From: an uncultured Methylomirabilota bacterium
GTDB lineage: Bacteria > Methylomirabilota > Methylomirabilia > Methylomirabilales > 2-02-FULL-66-22
Direction of reading: 5' to 3'
Length of the DNA: 64,000 nt
NCBI GenBank assembly: GCA_963705305.1
Contig: OY970067.1
Coordinates: 672,001-736,000 of the forward strand
Shown: in pieces, positions 27,825 to 36,599 of the stretch
Position numbering within the stretch: position 1 is the stretch's first letter
Layout of the letters: every line of letters begins with the position of its first letter
Position numbers and translations under genes: made by a program
Notes under the pieces: generated by a model
What the model saw: the letters and a program-made list of their open reading frames with translations, nothing else
Told to the model about the DNA's origin: nothing
Databases searched by the model: none

Positions 27825-28979
27825 ATGCCTAATCGCGCAGTTCTGACCGGACGTCACTTCATGATGGGCAACATCGCCTGTGCCGAGGGGGCGGTGGCCG
27901 CCGGGTGCCGCTTCGCCGCCGGCTACCCCATCACGCCGGCCACCGAGGTGGCCGAGCGGCTGGCTGAGCGGCTCCCCGCCGTGGGCGGGACGTTCCTCCA
28001 GATGGAGGACGAGATCGGATCCATGGCGGCCATCATCGGGGCCTCCTGGGGGGGGATGAAGTCGCTCACCGCGACCTCGGGCCCCGGGATCAGCCTGATG
28101 CTGGAGAACATCGGGTTCGCCGTCGGGACGGAGACCCCCTGCGTGATCGTGAACGTCATGCGCGGAGGACCGACCACCGGGATCCCCACGGTCGAGCTCC
28201 AGGGGGATGTCATCCAGGCGCGGCGCGGCTCCCACGGCGACTACCAGATCATCGCCCTGGCGCCCTCCTCGGTGCAGGAGTGCTTCGACTACACGGTGGA
28301 GGCCTTCAACCTCGCAGAGCGGTATCGAACCCCCGTTTTCGTACTGATGGATGCCTTCCTGGGGCACATGCGGGAGGAGCTGGTCATCCCTGCGCCGGAG
28401 GCCATCCCGCTCGCGGACCGGAGGCGCTTCCCGAAGGGCATGGACGTGGAGAGCCTCCCCGCCTTCCTGGACGAGGACGTGGCCCCCATGCCCGTCTTCG
28501 GCGGGGGCCACAAGGCCCACGTGACCAGCTCCTGCCACGATGCCTACGGCCGCCGGAACGTCATCGACGCCTCGGCCCTGGATGTGTTCATCAAGAAGCT
28601 CAACGGGAAGATCGAAAATCACCAGGACGACATCGTCCGGGTGGCGTCGGACACCGAGGGGGCCGAGGTCGTCCTGGTGAGCTACGGCTCCATCTTCCGC
28701 GCCGCGCAGGCCGCCGTGGAGGCGGGCCGGGCCGGCGGCCTCAAGCTGGGCTGGATCAAGTTGGGGACGATCTGGCCCTTCCCCGACAAGGCCCTCCGGG
28801 CCGCGGCGCAGACGGCCAAGCGGCTGATCGTCTTGGAAAACAACCTCGGCCAGCTATTCCCCTACGTTCAGGCCGCGGTCGCCCCGCACTGCAGGGTCAG
28901 CTTCCTGCCGCCCCGGATCCTCGGCGAGATGCACGAGATCGGGGACATCCTGGCGGCGGTCCGCGAGGTGCACGCATGA
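27825..28979 (+). CDS. korA: 2-oxoacid:ferredoxin oxidoreductase alpha subunit
   Basis: GYPITPATE, QMEDEI, ATSGPG, RGGPTTG, IWPFP. Confidence 0.88.
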   Translation: MPNRAVLTGRHFMMGNIACAEGAVAAGCRFAAGYPITPATEVAERLAERLPAVGGTFLQMEDEIGSMAAIIGASWGGMKSLTATSGPGISLMLENIGFAVGTETPCVIVNVMRGGPTTGIPTVELQGDVIQARRGSHGDYQIIALAPSSVQECFDYTVEAFNLAERYRTPVFVLMDAFLGHMREELVIPAPEAIPLADRRRFPKGMDVESLPAFLDEDVAPMPVFGGGHKAHVTSSCHDAYGRRNVIDASALDVFIKKLNGKIENHQDDIVRVASDTEGAEVVLVSYGSIFRAAQAAVEAGRAGGLKLGWIKLGTIWPFPDKALRAAAQTAKRLIVLENNLGQLFPYVQAAVAPHCRVSFLPPRILGEMHEIGDILAAVREVHA

Positions 28980-29815
28980 GCTTGGCAACCTACGAGCATC
29001 CGCTGGCGAAGTACATCCGCCCCTCCGCCAAGACCACGGCGAACTGCCCCGGGTGCGGCAACGGGATCCTGGCGCAGGCGATCCTGCAGGCCATCGACGA
29101 GCTGGGCCTGTCCCTGGACGATTTCGTCTTCGTCTCGGGGATCGGCTGCTCGGCTTGGATCCCCAGCCCCAGCTTCTACGCCGATGTCCTGCACACCACC
29201 CACGGGCGCCCCATCGCTTTCGCCACCGGGATCAAGGCAGTCCTGCCGGACAAGCACGTCATGGTGATCAGCGGCGATGGGGACCTCACCGCCATCGGTG
29301 GGAACCACCTGATCCATGCGGCCCGGCGGAATATCGCCATGTCCGTCTTCTGCGTGAACAACGGGATCTACGGGATGACCGGCGGCCAGGTGGCCCCCAC
29401 CACGCCCATCGGCCTTCTCACCGTCACCACCCCGTATGGCAACGCCGAGAATCCCTTCGACATCTGCAAGCTGGTGGAGGGGGCGGGCGCCTCCTTCGTG
29501 GCCCGCTGGACGACCTACCATCCGCGGCAGATCGTGAAGACCGCCAAGGCGGCCATCCGGAAAAAGGGCTTCGCCTTCGTCGAGGTCATCTCGCAGTGCC
29601 CGGTCGAGTTCGGGCGCAAGACCGGGATGGGCAACACGGTCCAGATGCTGGAGCATTACAAGAAGAACTCGGTCTCAGTGGCCAAGGCCAAGACCATGAG
29701 TCCCGAGGAGCTGACGGGCAAGATCGTGGTGGGCGAGTTCGTGGACATCGAGAAACCGGAGTTGATCGAGACGCTGGCGGCGGTACGGGCCAAGGCGATG
29801 GCAGGAGGAGCGTAG
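28976..29815 (+). CDS. korB: 2-oxoacid:ferredoxin oxidoreductase beta (TPP-binding) subunit
   Basis: CPGCG, SGIGC, HGR, SGDGD, GGNHLIHA, NNGIYGMTGGQ; ATGA overlap. Confidence 0.9.
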   Translation: MSLATYEHPLAKYIRPSAKTTANCPGCGNGILAQAILQAIDELGLSLDDFVFVSGIGCSAWIPSPSFYADVLHTTHGRPIAFATGIKAVLPDKHVMVISGDGDLTAIGGNHLIHAARRNIAMSVFCVNNGIYGMTGGQVAPTTPIGLLTVTTPYGNAENPFDICKLVEGAGASFVARWTTYHPRQIVKTAKAAIRKKGFAFVEVISQCPVEFGRKTGMGNTVQMLEHYKKNSVSVAKAKTMSPEELTGKIVVGEFVDIEKPELIETLAAVRAKAMAGGA

Positions 29816-29840
29816 CGCCCGCCCCGCTGGAGGAAACGAC

Positions 29841-30413
29841 GTGAAACGCACGGAGATTCGCATCGCGGGATTCGGCGGCCAGGGTGTAGTCCTGGCCGGG
29901 GTCCTCCTGGGGACCGCCGCCGCCGTCGCCGACGGCCGGCGGGCCGTCCAGACCCAGTCCTACGGCGCGGCGGCCCGCGGCGGCGGGGCCCGCTCGGAGG
30001 TGATCATCTCCGATGACCCCGTCACCTACCCGCGCGTCACGCACCCGGACCTCATGATCGCCATGTCGGAAGAGGCCATGAAGAAGTATGGCCCGGACAT
30101 GCGGCCCGGCAGCCTGCTCGTGATCGACAGCGACCTGGTGAAAGAGGTGAAGCGGGACGACCTGCGCCTCCTGGGTATTCCGGCCTCCAACCTCGCCACC
30201 CAGGAGCTGGGCCGGACCATCGTGGCCAACCTGGTGATGCTGGGGGTGCTGGTCGCCAAAACCGGCATCGTGAGCGCCGCCGGGATGGAGGCCGCCATTC
30301 GCGAAAACGTCCCCCCCAAGACCATCGACCTGAACCTCAAGGCCTTTCGCCGGGGGCTGGAGCTCGGCGGGCAGGCCCTCATCCAGGAGCCGGTGAGCCA
30401 TGCGACTGCATGA
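29841..30413 (+). CDS. korC: 2-oxoacid:ferredoxin oxidoreductase gamma subunit
   Basis: AGFGGQGVVLAG, QTQSYG..ARGG, NLVMLG, NLKAF..G. Confidence 0.9.
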   Translation: MKRTEIRIAGFGGQGVVLAGVLLGTAAAVADGRRAVQTQSYGAAARGGGARSEVIISDDPVTYPRVTHPDLMIAMSEEAMKKYGPDMRPGSLLVIDSDLVKEVKRDDLRLLGIPASNLATQELGRTIVANLVMLGVLVAKTGIVSAAGMEAAIRENVPPKTIDLNLKAFRRGLELGGQALIQEPVSHATA

Positions 30414-31548
30414 GCACGAGGCGGCCAGCCTGTTTCGCCAAACCGGGATCCCCGTTCCCTCCTTCGCCGTGGCCCGCTCGGCCGACGAGGCGGTGGCCGC
30501 GCTGGACGCGGTGGGGCTCCCCGTCGTCATCAAGGCCCAGGTCCTGGTGGGCTCGCGGGGCAAGCACGGCGGCATCGTCGTGGCCGAGACCGCGGACCAG
30601 GTCCGTGAGAAAGCGGGCGCGATGCTCGGCAGCCGGGTGCGCGGCTTGCCGGTCGAGTCCGTGATGGTCTCGAAGAAGGTGCCCATCGCGCGCGAGCTGT
30701 ACACCGGGGTCACCGTGGACGCCGCGGCCGGCGCCATCACGGCGATCCTGGGAACCGCCGGGGGGATCGACGTGGAGACCGCGGCCAGAGAGCAGCCCGA
30801 GTCCCTGTTTCGGGCTACCGTGATTCCGCCTGCCGACCTCCGTGGCCACCAGGCGCGCGCGCTGGCCCGGCAGGCCGGGTTCCGCGGCGACCTCATGGTC
30901 AAGATCGGCGATGCCCTGGTCGGCCTCTACCGGGCCTTCCGGCGATACGATGCCCTGATCGCCGAGGTGAACCCCCTGGTGGTGACCGCCGACGACGCCC
31001 TCTGGGCCGTGGACGCCGTGCTGGAGGTGGACGACTCCGCCCTCTTCCGCCACCCCGAGATGCCCAAGGACGTCCTGACCCGGATCGAGCAGCCCCTGGA
31101 GCGGGCGGCCAAGCAGATCGGCGTTTCTTACGTGGACCTGGACGGGGACATCGCCCTGATCAGCAGCGGCGCCGGCCTCGGCATGGCCACCATGGACGTG
31201 GTGGGCCAGCGCCTCCGCCCGGCCAACTTCCTGGAGACCGGCGGGGGGATCACCGAGGAGCTGATGTACAAGGTGACTGATCTGGTCCTGCAGAAGCCCG
31301 GCGTGCGCGGCCTCCTCATCAACCTGTACGGAGGGATCAACCCCATCCACGAGGGGGCCAAGGGTATCGTCCGCGCCCTCAAGGAGAAACAGGTCAAGAT
31401 CCCGGTGGTGGCCAAGGCTCTGGGCAATCGCCAGGAGGAGACCTGGGCCACCCTCCAGGAGGCCGGGGTCATCGTCGTGACCGACATCACCACCGAGGCG
31501 GCCGTGGACGCCCTGTGCGCGGCACTGGAAGCGAGTCCGAGGTCCTAG
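30400..31548 (+). CDS. sucC: ADP-forming acyl-CoA ligase beta subunit (SucC-like)
   Basis: MRLHEHEA, IKAQV..G.RGK.GG, EVNPL, DDSALFRH, GAGLGMATMD, ANFLE.GGG. Confidence 0.82.
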   Translation: MRLHEHEAASLFRQTGIPVPSFAVARSADEAVAALDAVGLPVVIKAQVLVGSRGKHGGIVVAETADQVREKAGAMLGSRVRGLPVESVMVSKKVPIARELYTGVTVDAAAGAITAILGTAGGIDVETAAREQPESLFRATVIPPADLRGHQARALARQAGFRGDLMVKIGDALVGLYRAFRRYDALIAEVNPLVVTADDALWAVDAVLEVDDSALFRHPEMPKDVLTRIEQPLERAAKQIGVSYVDLDGDIALISSGAGLGMATMDVVGQRLRPANFLETGGGITEELMYKVTDLVLQKPGVRGLLINLYGGINPIHEGAKGIVRALKEKQVKIPVVAKALGNRQEETWATLQEAGVIVVTDITTEAAVDALCAALEASPRS

Positions 31549-31616
31549 GTCCGACGTCCGAGGTCGTCTGTGTTTGCCAGCCTCGAACCGTGAACCGCCG
31601 CACCTCGCACCGCCGA
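31535..31616. repeat. Heptamer-periodic imperfect palindrome between sucC and sucD
   Basis: gtccgag gtcctag gtccgac gtccgag ... cctcgaa ccgtgaa ccgccgca cctcgca. Confidence 0.7.
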
Positions 31617-31627
31617 CGGAGCAGGCT

Positions 31628-32512
31628 ATGAGCATTCTCCTCAACAGGAACACGCGGGTCCTGGTCCAGGGAATCACCGGTAAGATCGGCCGGGCCCAGA
31701 CCAAGTGGATGGTGGAGTACGGCACGCGGATCGTGGCGGGCGTCACGCCCGGCAGGGGCGGCGAGACGGTCGAGGGGGTCCCGGTCTTCGACAGCGTCGC
31801 CGAGGCGGTCAGGGAAACCGGCGCCGAGGCGTCCGTGTTCTTTGTTCCCGCCCGATCGGTGAAGGACACCGTCTTTGAAACCCTGGAGGCCGGCGTCAAG
31901 CTGGTGGTGGTGGTGACGGAGCATATCCCCGTCCACGATACCATGGAGATGCGGGCCGAGTCGGGGAAGGCCGGCGCCATCCTCCTCGGACCGACCACCC
32001 CGGGGATCCTCACCGTGGGCGAGGCGAAGATGGGAATCATTCCCGGGAACCTCTTTCCGAAGATCGGTGGGCGCGCCGGCGTCATCTCCCGCAGCGGCAC
32101 CCTGGCGTATGAGGTCGGCGGGATTCTGGCCAAGGCCGGCGCAGCGCCGAGTACCGTGGTGGGGATGGGGGCGGACCCCGTCGTCCTCACCGACCTGTCC
32201 GCGCTGCTCCGCCTGTACGGCGAGGACCCGGCCACCGACTTCGTCACCATCGTGGGGGAGGTGGGGGGTATCCAGGAAGAGCTGGCCGCCGAGTACATCG
32301 CCACGAAGTTTGCGAAGCCCGTTATCGCTTACATCGCTGGCCGCAACACGCCGGAGGGAAAACGCATGGGCCATGCCGGGGCCATCGTCCAGCGCGGCAT
32401 GGGGAGCGTGGCCAGCAAGGTGCGGGCGTTGGAGAAGGCCGGGGCACACATCGCCCGGACCCCCGCCGAGATCGGCGAAATCGCCAGGCAGCTCCAGGGG
32501 CACTCCACGTAG
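31628..32512 (+). CDS. sucD: ADP-forming acyl-CoA ligase alpha subunit (SucD-like)
   Basis: VLVQGITG, AGVTPG, TEHIPVHD, SRSGTL, GEVGG, MGHAGA (phospho-His). Confidence 0.88.
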   Translation: MSILLNRNTRVLVQGITGKIGRAQTKWMVEYGTRIVAGVTPGRGGETVEGVPVFDSVAEAVRETGAEASVFFVPARSVKDTVFETLEAGVKLVVVVTEHIPVHDTMEMRAESGKAGAILLGPTTPGILTVGEAKMGIIPGNLFPKIGGRAGVISRSGTLAYEVGGILAKAGAAPSTVVGMGADPVVLTDLSALLRLYGEDPATDFVTIVGEVGGIQEELAAEYIATKFAKPVIAYIAGRNTPEGKRMGHAGAIVQRGMGSVASKVRALEKAGAHIARTPAEIGEIARQLQGHST

Positions 32513-32539
32513 GCCGCACCTCTCGGAGGAGACCCGACC

Positions 32540-32851
32540 ATGTCCGTCGCGGTGCTGATGGTGAAGATGAAGATTCCGAAGGAGATCGAGGCGAAGTTCA
32601 ACGCCTTCTACGAGCAGGTTCATATCCCGGACGTCCTGGCCTTCCCGGGGGCGGTCAGCTTCCGGCGCTACCGGGCCGTCATGGGCGACGACGGCTTTCA
32701 GCTGCTTTCCGTCGTCGAGTTCAAAGACGAGGCCGCTCTGCGGCGGTTCTTCGAGTCGGACTACCGGAAGCAGATCGCCGAGAAGCTCGACGCGGAGTTT
32801 GGCGGTCTCATCGAGCGCCAGCGGCTCACCTACGAGCAGACCTGGCCCTGA
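32540..32851 (+). CDS. Small dimeric alpha/beta-barrel protein (EthD/DUF4286-like)
   Basis: FNAFY..VHIPDVL..PG....RRY; GGAGG RBS. Confidence 0.7.
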   Translation: MSVAVLMVKMKIPKEIEAKFNAFYEQVHIPDVLAFPGAVSFRRYRAVMGDDGFQLLSVVEFKDEAALRRFFESDYRKQIAEKLDAEFGGLIERQRLTYEQTWP

Positions 32852-32929
32852 GTCCCGTCGCCGTCAAGCCGGCACCACGAGGGCGAGCGGCCCGGAATCT
32901 GCGCATCCGGAATTCTGGGGGTTGCGCGG

Positions 32930-33235
32930 ATGGATTCCCTCTCGACGCTCCTATGGCAGCTGCTCAAGCCGCACAGCCACATCGTCGCCGGCCTCTACCT
33001 TGCTCTCCTGATCGTGGGGACGCTGGGGCTCTTGGGGTATGCGCTCCTGGAGGTCACGTCGAGACTGACCGCCTGGTGGGAGAGGCGCTGGGGTCCGGCG
33101 TTCCTGGCCGCCCGGCCCGAGGTGGCCATTTTCGTGCTGACCCTGGCCGCGCTGTGCACCCTGGCGCTGCTCTTCATCCTCGCCTGTGACGGGCTTGTCC
33201 CGGACGAGTGGAGCGCCTTGATGGCCCAAAGCTAA
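32930..33235 (+). CDS. Hypothetical membrane protein
   Basis: Two hydrophobic segments, plausible codon usage; no family recognised. Confidence 0.55.
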   Translation: MDSLSTLLWQLLKPHSHIVAGLYLALLIVGTLGLLGYALLEVTSRLTAWWERRWGPAFLAARPEVAIFVLTLAALCTLALLFILACDGLVPDEWSALMAQS

Positions 33236-34014
33236 TGTAGCGCGTTCGACGCTCCCGTTCCGACCGTTCCCCCGCCGATGCCGAGATAAACTTTCTGGAC
33301 TTGTGGGTTGTTCTCGAGCTGGGAGGCCGGACCCTCCAACACCGTGCGCCCGGTCTGCAGCAGATACGCGTAGTCTGCAAACTCCAGTGCCAATCGCACC
33401 GATTGCTCGGCCAGAAGGAGGGTCAATCCCTCCCGATGGAGGCGCTCCAGGGTATCGTACAGCGTCTCCACAATCATGGGGGCAAGCCCGAGACTTGGCT
33501 CGTCCAGCAGCAGCAGCTTCGGCTCGCTCATCAGCGCCCGGCCCAGCGCCAGCATCTGGCGCTCCCCTCCGCTCAACGTCCCTGCCCGCTGTTTTCGGCG
33601 CTCCGCCAGGACCGGAAACAGCGTATACGCCCTGTCCAGCAGGAGCGGGATGCGCCCTCGATCGGAAAGGGCTGTGGCGCCCAGTCGGAGGTTCTGCTCC
33701 ACGGTCTGGCCGACGAAAAGACGCCACCCCTCGGGCGAGAGGGCGAGACCCTTCGAGACAATGGCATACGCGTCCAGGTGCTCGGTCCGCTCGCCGTTCC
33801 ACTCGATCGTGCCCGAGGTGGCGCGCACCAGTCCGACGATGGCGTTGAGCGTCGTGGTCTTCCCGGCCCCGTTGGAGCCGAGCAAGGCGACCACGCTGCC
33901 GGGGGGAACCTGCAGGGACACGTCGGCAACCCCCACGAGATCCCCGTAGCGCACCTGCAGATGCTGAACGCTCAGTGCCCCCGCGCGCCCGCCACCGCTT
34001 CCCATGTCACGCAC
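33232..34014 (-). CDS. HAAT ABC transporter ATP-binding protein (LivF-like)
   Basis: GSNGAGKT, LSGGERQMLA, LDEPSLGLAP. Confidence 0.9.
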   Translation of the reverse strand: MRDMGSGGGRAGALSVQHLQVRYGDLVGVADVSLQVPPGSVVALLGSNGAGKTTTLNAIVGLVRATSGTIEWNGERTEHLDAYAIVSKGLALSPEGWRLFVGQTVEQNLRLGATALSDRGRIPLLLDRAYTLFPVLAERRKQRAGTLSGGERQMLALGRALMSEPKLLLLDEPSLGLAPMIVETLYDTLERLHREGLTLLLAEQSVRLALEFADYAYLLQTGRTVLEGPASQLENNPQVQKVYLGIGGGTVGTGASNALH

Positions 34015-34780
34015 CGCGCCCGCCCGCCCCGTCCGGGGTCGCCGCTCGGCGGGATCTTCTCCCGGCCCCCAGGTACGCCTCCACGACCTTCGGGTCGTCC
34101 ACGATATCTTCCGGGCTGCCCGCGGCGATGATCTCCCCGTGGTTGAACACGATGACCCGCCGGGCCAGGGTCAGGACCACTTCCATGATGTGCTCCACGA
34201 TCACCAGCGTGACACCCTGCTGGTGGATCTGCCGGACCAGCGCGATCGCCTGCTGGATCTCGAGCGGCGTGAGGCCGGAAAGAGCCTCGTCCAGCAAGAG
34301 CAGGCGCGGCTCCATCGCCAGCGCCCGGGCGATTTCCAGCCGTTTGCGGCCCGGCGTCCCCAGGCTCTTGGCCCGATGATCCGCCTGCCCTCCGAGGCCG
34401 GTGAACTCCAGGATCCGCCTGGCCTCCTCGCGCGCCGCCGCCGGACGCGCGTGGCGCAGAAAAGACCCCACCATGACGTTGTCGAGGATGGTCATGTCCT
34501 CGAAGGTCGCCGGAACCTGGTAGGTGCGTCCGATCCCCAACCGGGCGTGCTGCTCGGGGGTGGCCCGGGTGACATCCTCCCCCTCGAAGATCACGGATCC
34601 GCCGGTGGGCGTCAGCTCTCCGCTGAGGCAGTTGAAGAAGGTGGACTTCCCGGCCCCATTGGGGCCGATGATCCCCACGATCTCCCCGCGGCTGATCTCC
34701 AGATCGGCGCCTGCGACAGCCAGGAAGCCCTGAAACGCCTTTGAGACCTTTTGCGCCTTCAGCAAGAGGGCCGAATCCAC
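34007..34780 (-). CDS. HAAT ABC transporter ATP-binding protein (LivG-like)
   Basis: GPNGAGKST, GIGRTYQ, LEIARAL, VVEAYLG. Confidence 0.9.
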   Translation of the reverse strand: MDSALLLKAQKVSKAFQGFLAVAGADLEISRGEIVGIIGPNGAGKSTFFNCLSGELTPTGGSVIFEGEDVTRATPEQHARLGIGRTYQVPATFEDMTILDNVMVGSFLRHARPAAAREEARRILEFTGLGGQADHRAKSLGTPGRKRLEIARALAMEPRLLLLDEALSGLTPLEIQQAIALVRQIHQQGVTLVIVEHIMEVVLTLARRVIVFNHGEIIAAGSPEDIVDDPKVVEAYLGAGRRSRRAATPDGAGGRGA

Positions 34781-35736
34781 TCGGCGCGCCCCTTCCGGCC
34801 CTTCCAGGCCGCGTAGCGGTCCCAGATCTCCATCAATCCGCCCGGTTCGAATCGGGACAGCAGGATGATGATCCCCCCGTATATGATGAATGTCAGCCCC
34901 GTGCCCTCCCCCCCGAACATGCTGTTGGCGAATGTCTGCAGGGGAATGAGAATCGCGGCTCCGACCAGCGGCCCGACGAGGGTGCCCGCGCCCCCCAGGG
35001 CGGCCATGATCACCATCTGCACAGACACCATGATGCCAAACACGCTGTCCGGATCGACAAACCCCAGCATGACGGCATACAAAGAGCCGGCCAGCGAGGT
35101 GAACGCCGCGCTCGCGATCATCGCATACAACTTATACTGCGGCGCGGGCACGCCAAGGCTGCGGGCGGCGCGTTCTCCGGATTTGACCGCCCGCAGGTAG
35201 TATCCCATCCGGCCTTGCTCCATCCAGCAGGTAAAGCCCAATACCGACGCCAGCACGACCAGGAAAATGTAGTAGTAGGGGATCGAGCTTCGGTAGGAGA
35301 GATCCCAGATCGTCCGTCCGATGGCCGGGCCGCCCAGCCCTCTGGCCGCCCCGACGAATTCCCAGTTGGTGACCAGGAGGCGGATCAGCTCGGCGACGGC
35401 GATCGTGGCCATGGAAAAGTAATGGCCGCGCAATCGAAAGGTGGGGATGCCGACGAGGACGGCGATGCCGACGCTCACGGCAATGCCCACCGGGATGCCC
35501 AGCACGGGTGCGCCCTGCCAGTGCGTGTAGACGAGCAGGGGAAGGTACGCTCCCACCCCAAAAAAGATGGCGTGCCCGAAGGAGACCTGGCCTGCATACC
35601 CGCCGACGATGTTCCATGCCGACGCGAGGACCGCCCACAGCAGCGCCAGGGCGATCATGCGCTCGTAAAACGGATCCTGAAACGTCCAGGGAACAACGAG
35701 AAGCAGGCTTCCGAGGACGACCCATGCCCACCGCAT
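34759..35736 (-). CDS. HAAT ABC transporter permease (LivM-like)
   Basis: GYAGQVSFGHA, LRGHYFSMAT, LGGAGTLVGP. Confidence 0.9.
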   Translation of the reverse strand: MRWAWVVLGSLLLVVPWTFQDPFYERMIALALLWAVLASAWNIVGGYAGQVSFGHAIFFGVGAYLPLLVYTHWQGAPVLGIPVGIAVSVGIAVLVGIPTFRLRGHYFSMATIAVAELIRLLVTNWEFVGAARGLGGPAIGRTIWDLSYRSSIPYYYIFLVVLASVLGFTCWMEQGRMGYYLRAVKSGERAARSLGVPAPQYKLYAMIASAAFTSLAGSLYAVMLGFVDPDSVFGIMVSVQMVIMAALGGAGTLVGPLVGAAILIPLQTFANSMFGGEGTGLTFIIYGGIIILLSRFEPGGLMEIWDRYAAWKGRKGRAEWIRPSC

Positions 35737-36593
35737 CAGGCTGTCCCCATGAGACCCTGCGGCCGGACCCAGAGGACGGCCACGAACAGCGCGTAGACGA
35801 CCACGTCCTTATACACCGAGCCGATATAATAGGCCGATCCTGCCTCGATCAGCCCGATGATGAGACCGGCCAGCATCGCCCCCGGCACGCTGCCGAATCC
35901 TCCGAAGCAGACGACGACGAACGCAATCAAGACCAGGGACTCTCCCACCGTGGGGGTCAGATAGTAGAAGGTCGCAATCAGGGCGCCGGCGATGCCGGCG
36001 CTGGCGGAGGCCAAGCCCCACGCCAGCGCCTGCATGCGGTCCGGACGAATGCCCATCAGCATGGCGGCCTGGCGGTCTTCGGACACCGCCAGAATCTGGC
36101 TGCCGAGCGTTGTGTGGGTCAGCAGCAGGTGCATGCCCGCGGTGAGGGCCATGGCGAGTATCCCGGCGACCAGTTGCGCGAAGCCGATCAGCACCCCCCC
36201 TAGGTTCACGCTGCCGCCCAGCACCGTGCCGGGAAGGGTGACAAACGTGGCGGAGAAAAACCAGAAGATGGTGTACCGCATCAGGAGCGCCAGCCCAAAG
36301 GTCGAGATGATCTGGGCGAGCATCGGCCCGCGCATGACCTCCCGGATCAGCAAGTAGTACACGACAGCCCCGAGCAGAAACATCAGCGCGGCCGTCAACA
36401 GGGTGAACAGCAGAGGGCCGGCGTGCAGCGCCACCACCGCCAGGTATGCGGCGTACATCCCCAGCATCACAAAATCGCCGTGGGCGAAGTTCACGACGTT
36501 CATCATGCCCCAGACCAACGTCAGGCCCGAGGAGAACAGGGCGTAGACGGCCCCCAACAGGAGGCCGCTCACGGCCACTTGGAGGAACACCAC
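35736..36593 (-). CDS. HAAT ABC transporter permease (LivH-like)
   Basis: GLTLVWG..NVVNFAHG, GGFGSVPG, RPQGLMG. Confidence 0.9.
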   Translation of the reverse strand: MVFLQVAVSGLLLGAVYALFSSGLTLVWGMMNVVNFAHGDFVMLGMYAAYLAVVALHAGPLLFTLLTAALMFLLGAVVYYLLIREVMRGPMLAQIISTFGLALLMRYTIFWFFSATFVTLPGTVLGGSVNLGGVLIGFAQLVAGILAMALTAGMHLLLTHTTLGSQILAVSEDRQAAMLMGIRPDRMQALAWGLASASAGIAGALIATFYYLTPTVGESLVLIAFVVVCFGGFGSVPGAMLAGLIIGLIEAGSAYYIGSVYKDVVVYALFVAVLWVRPQGLMGTA

Positions 36594-36599
36594 CGGAGA

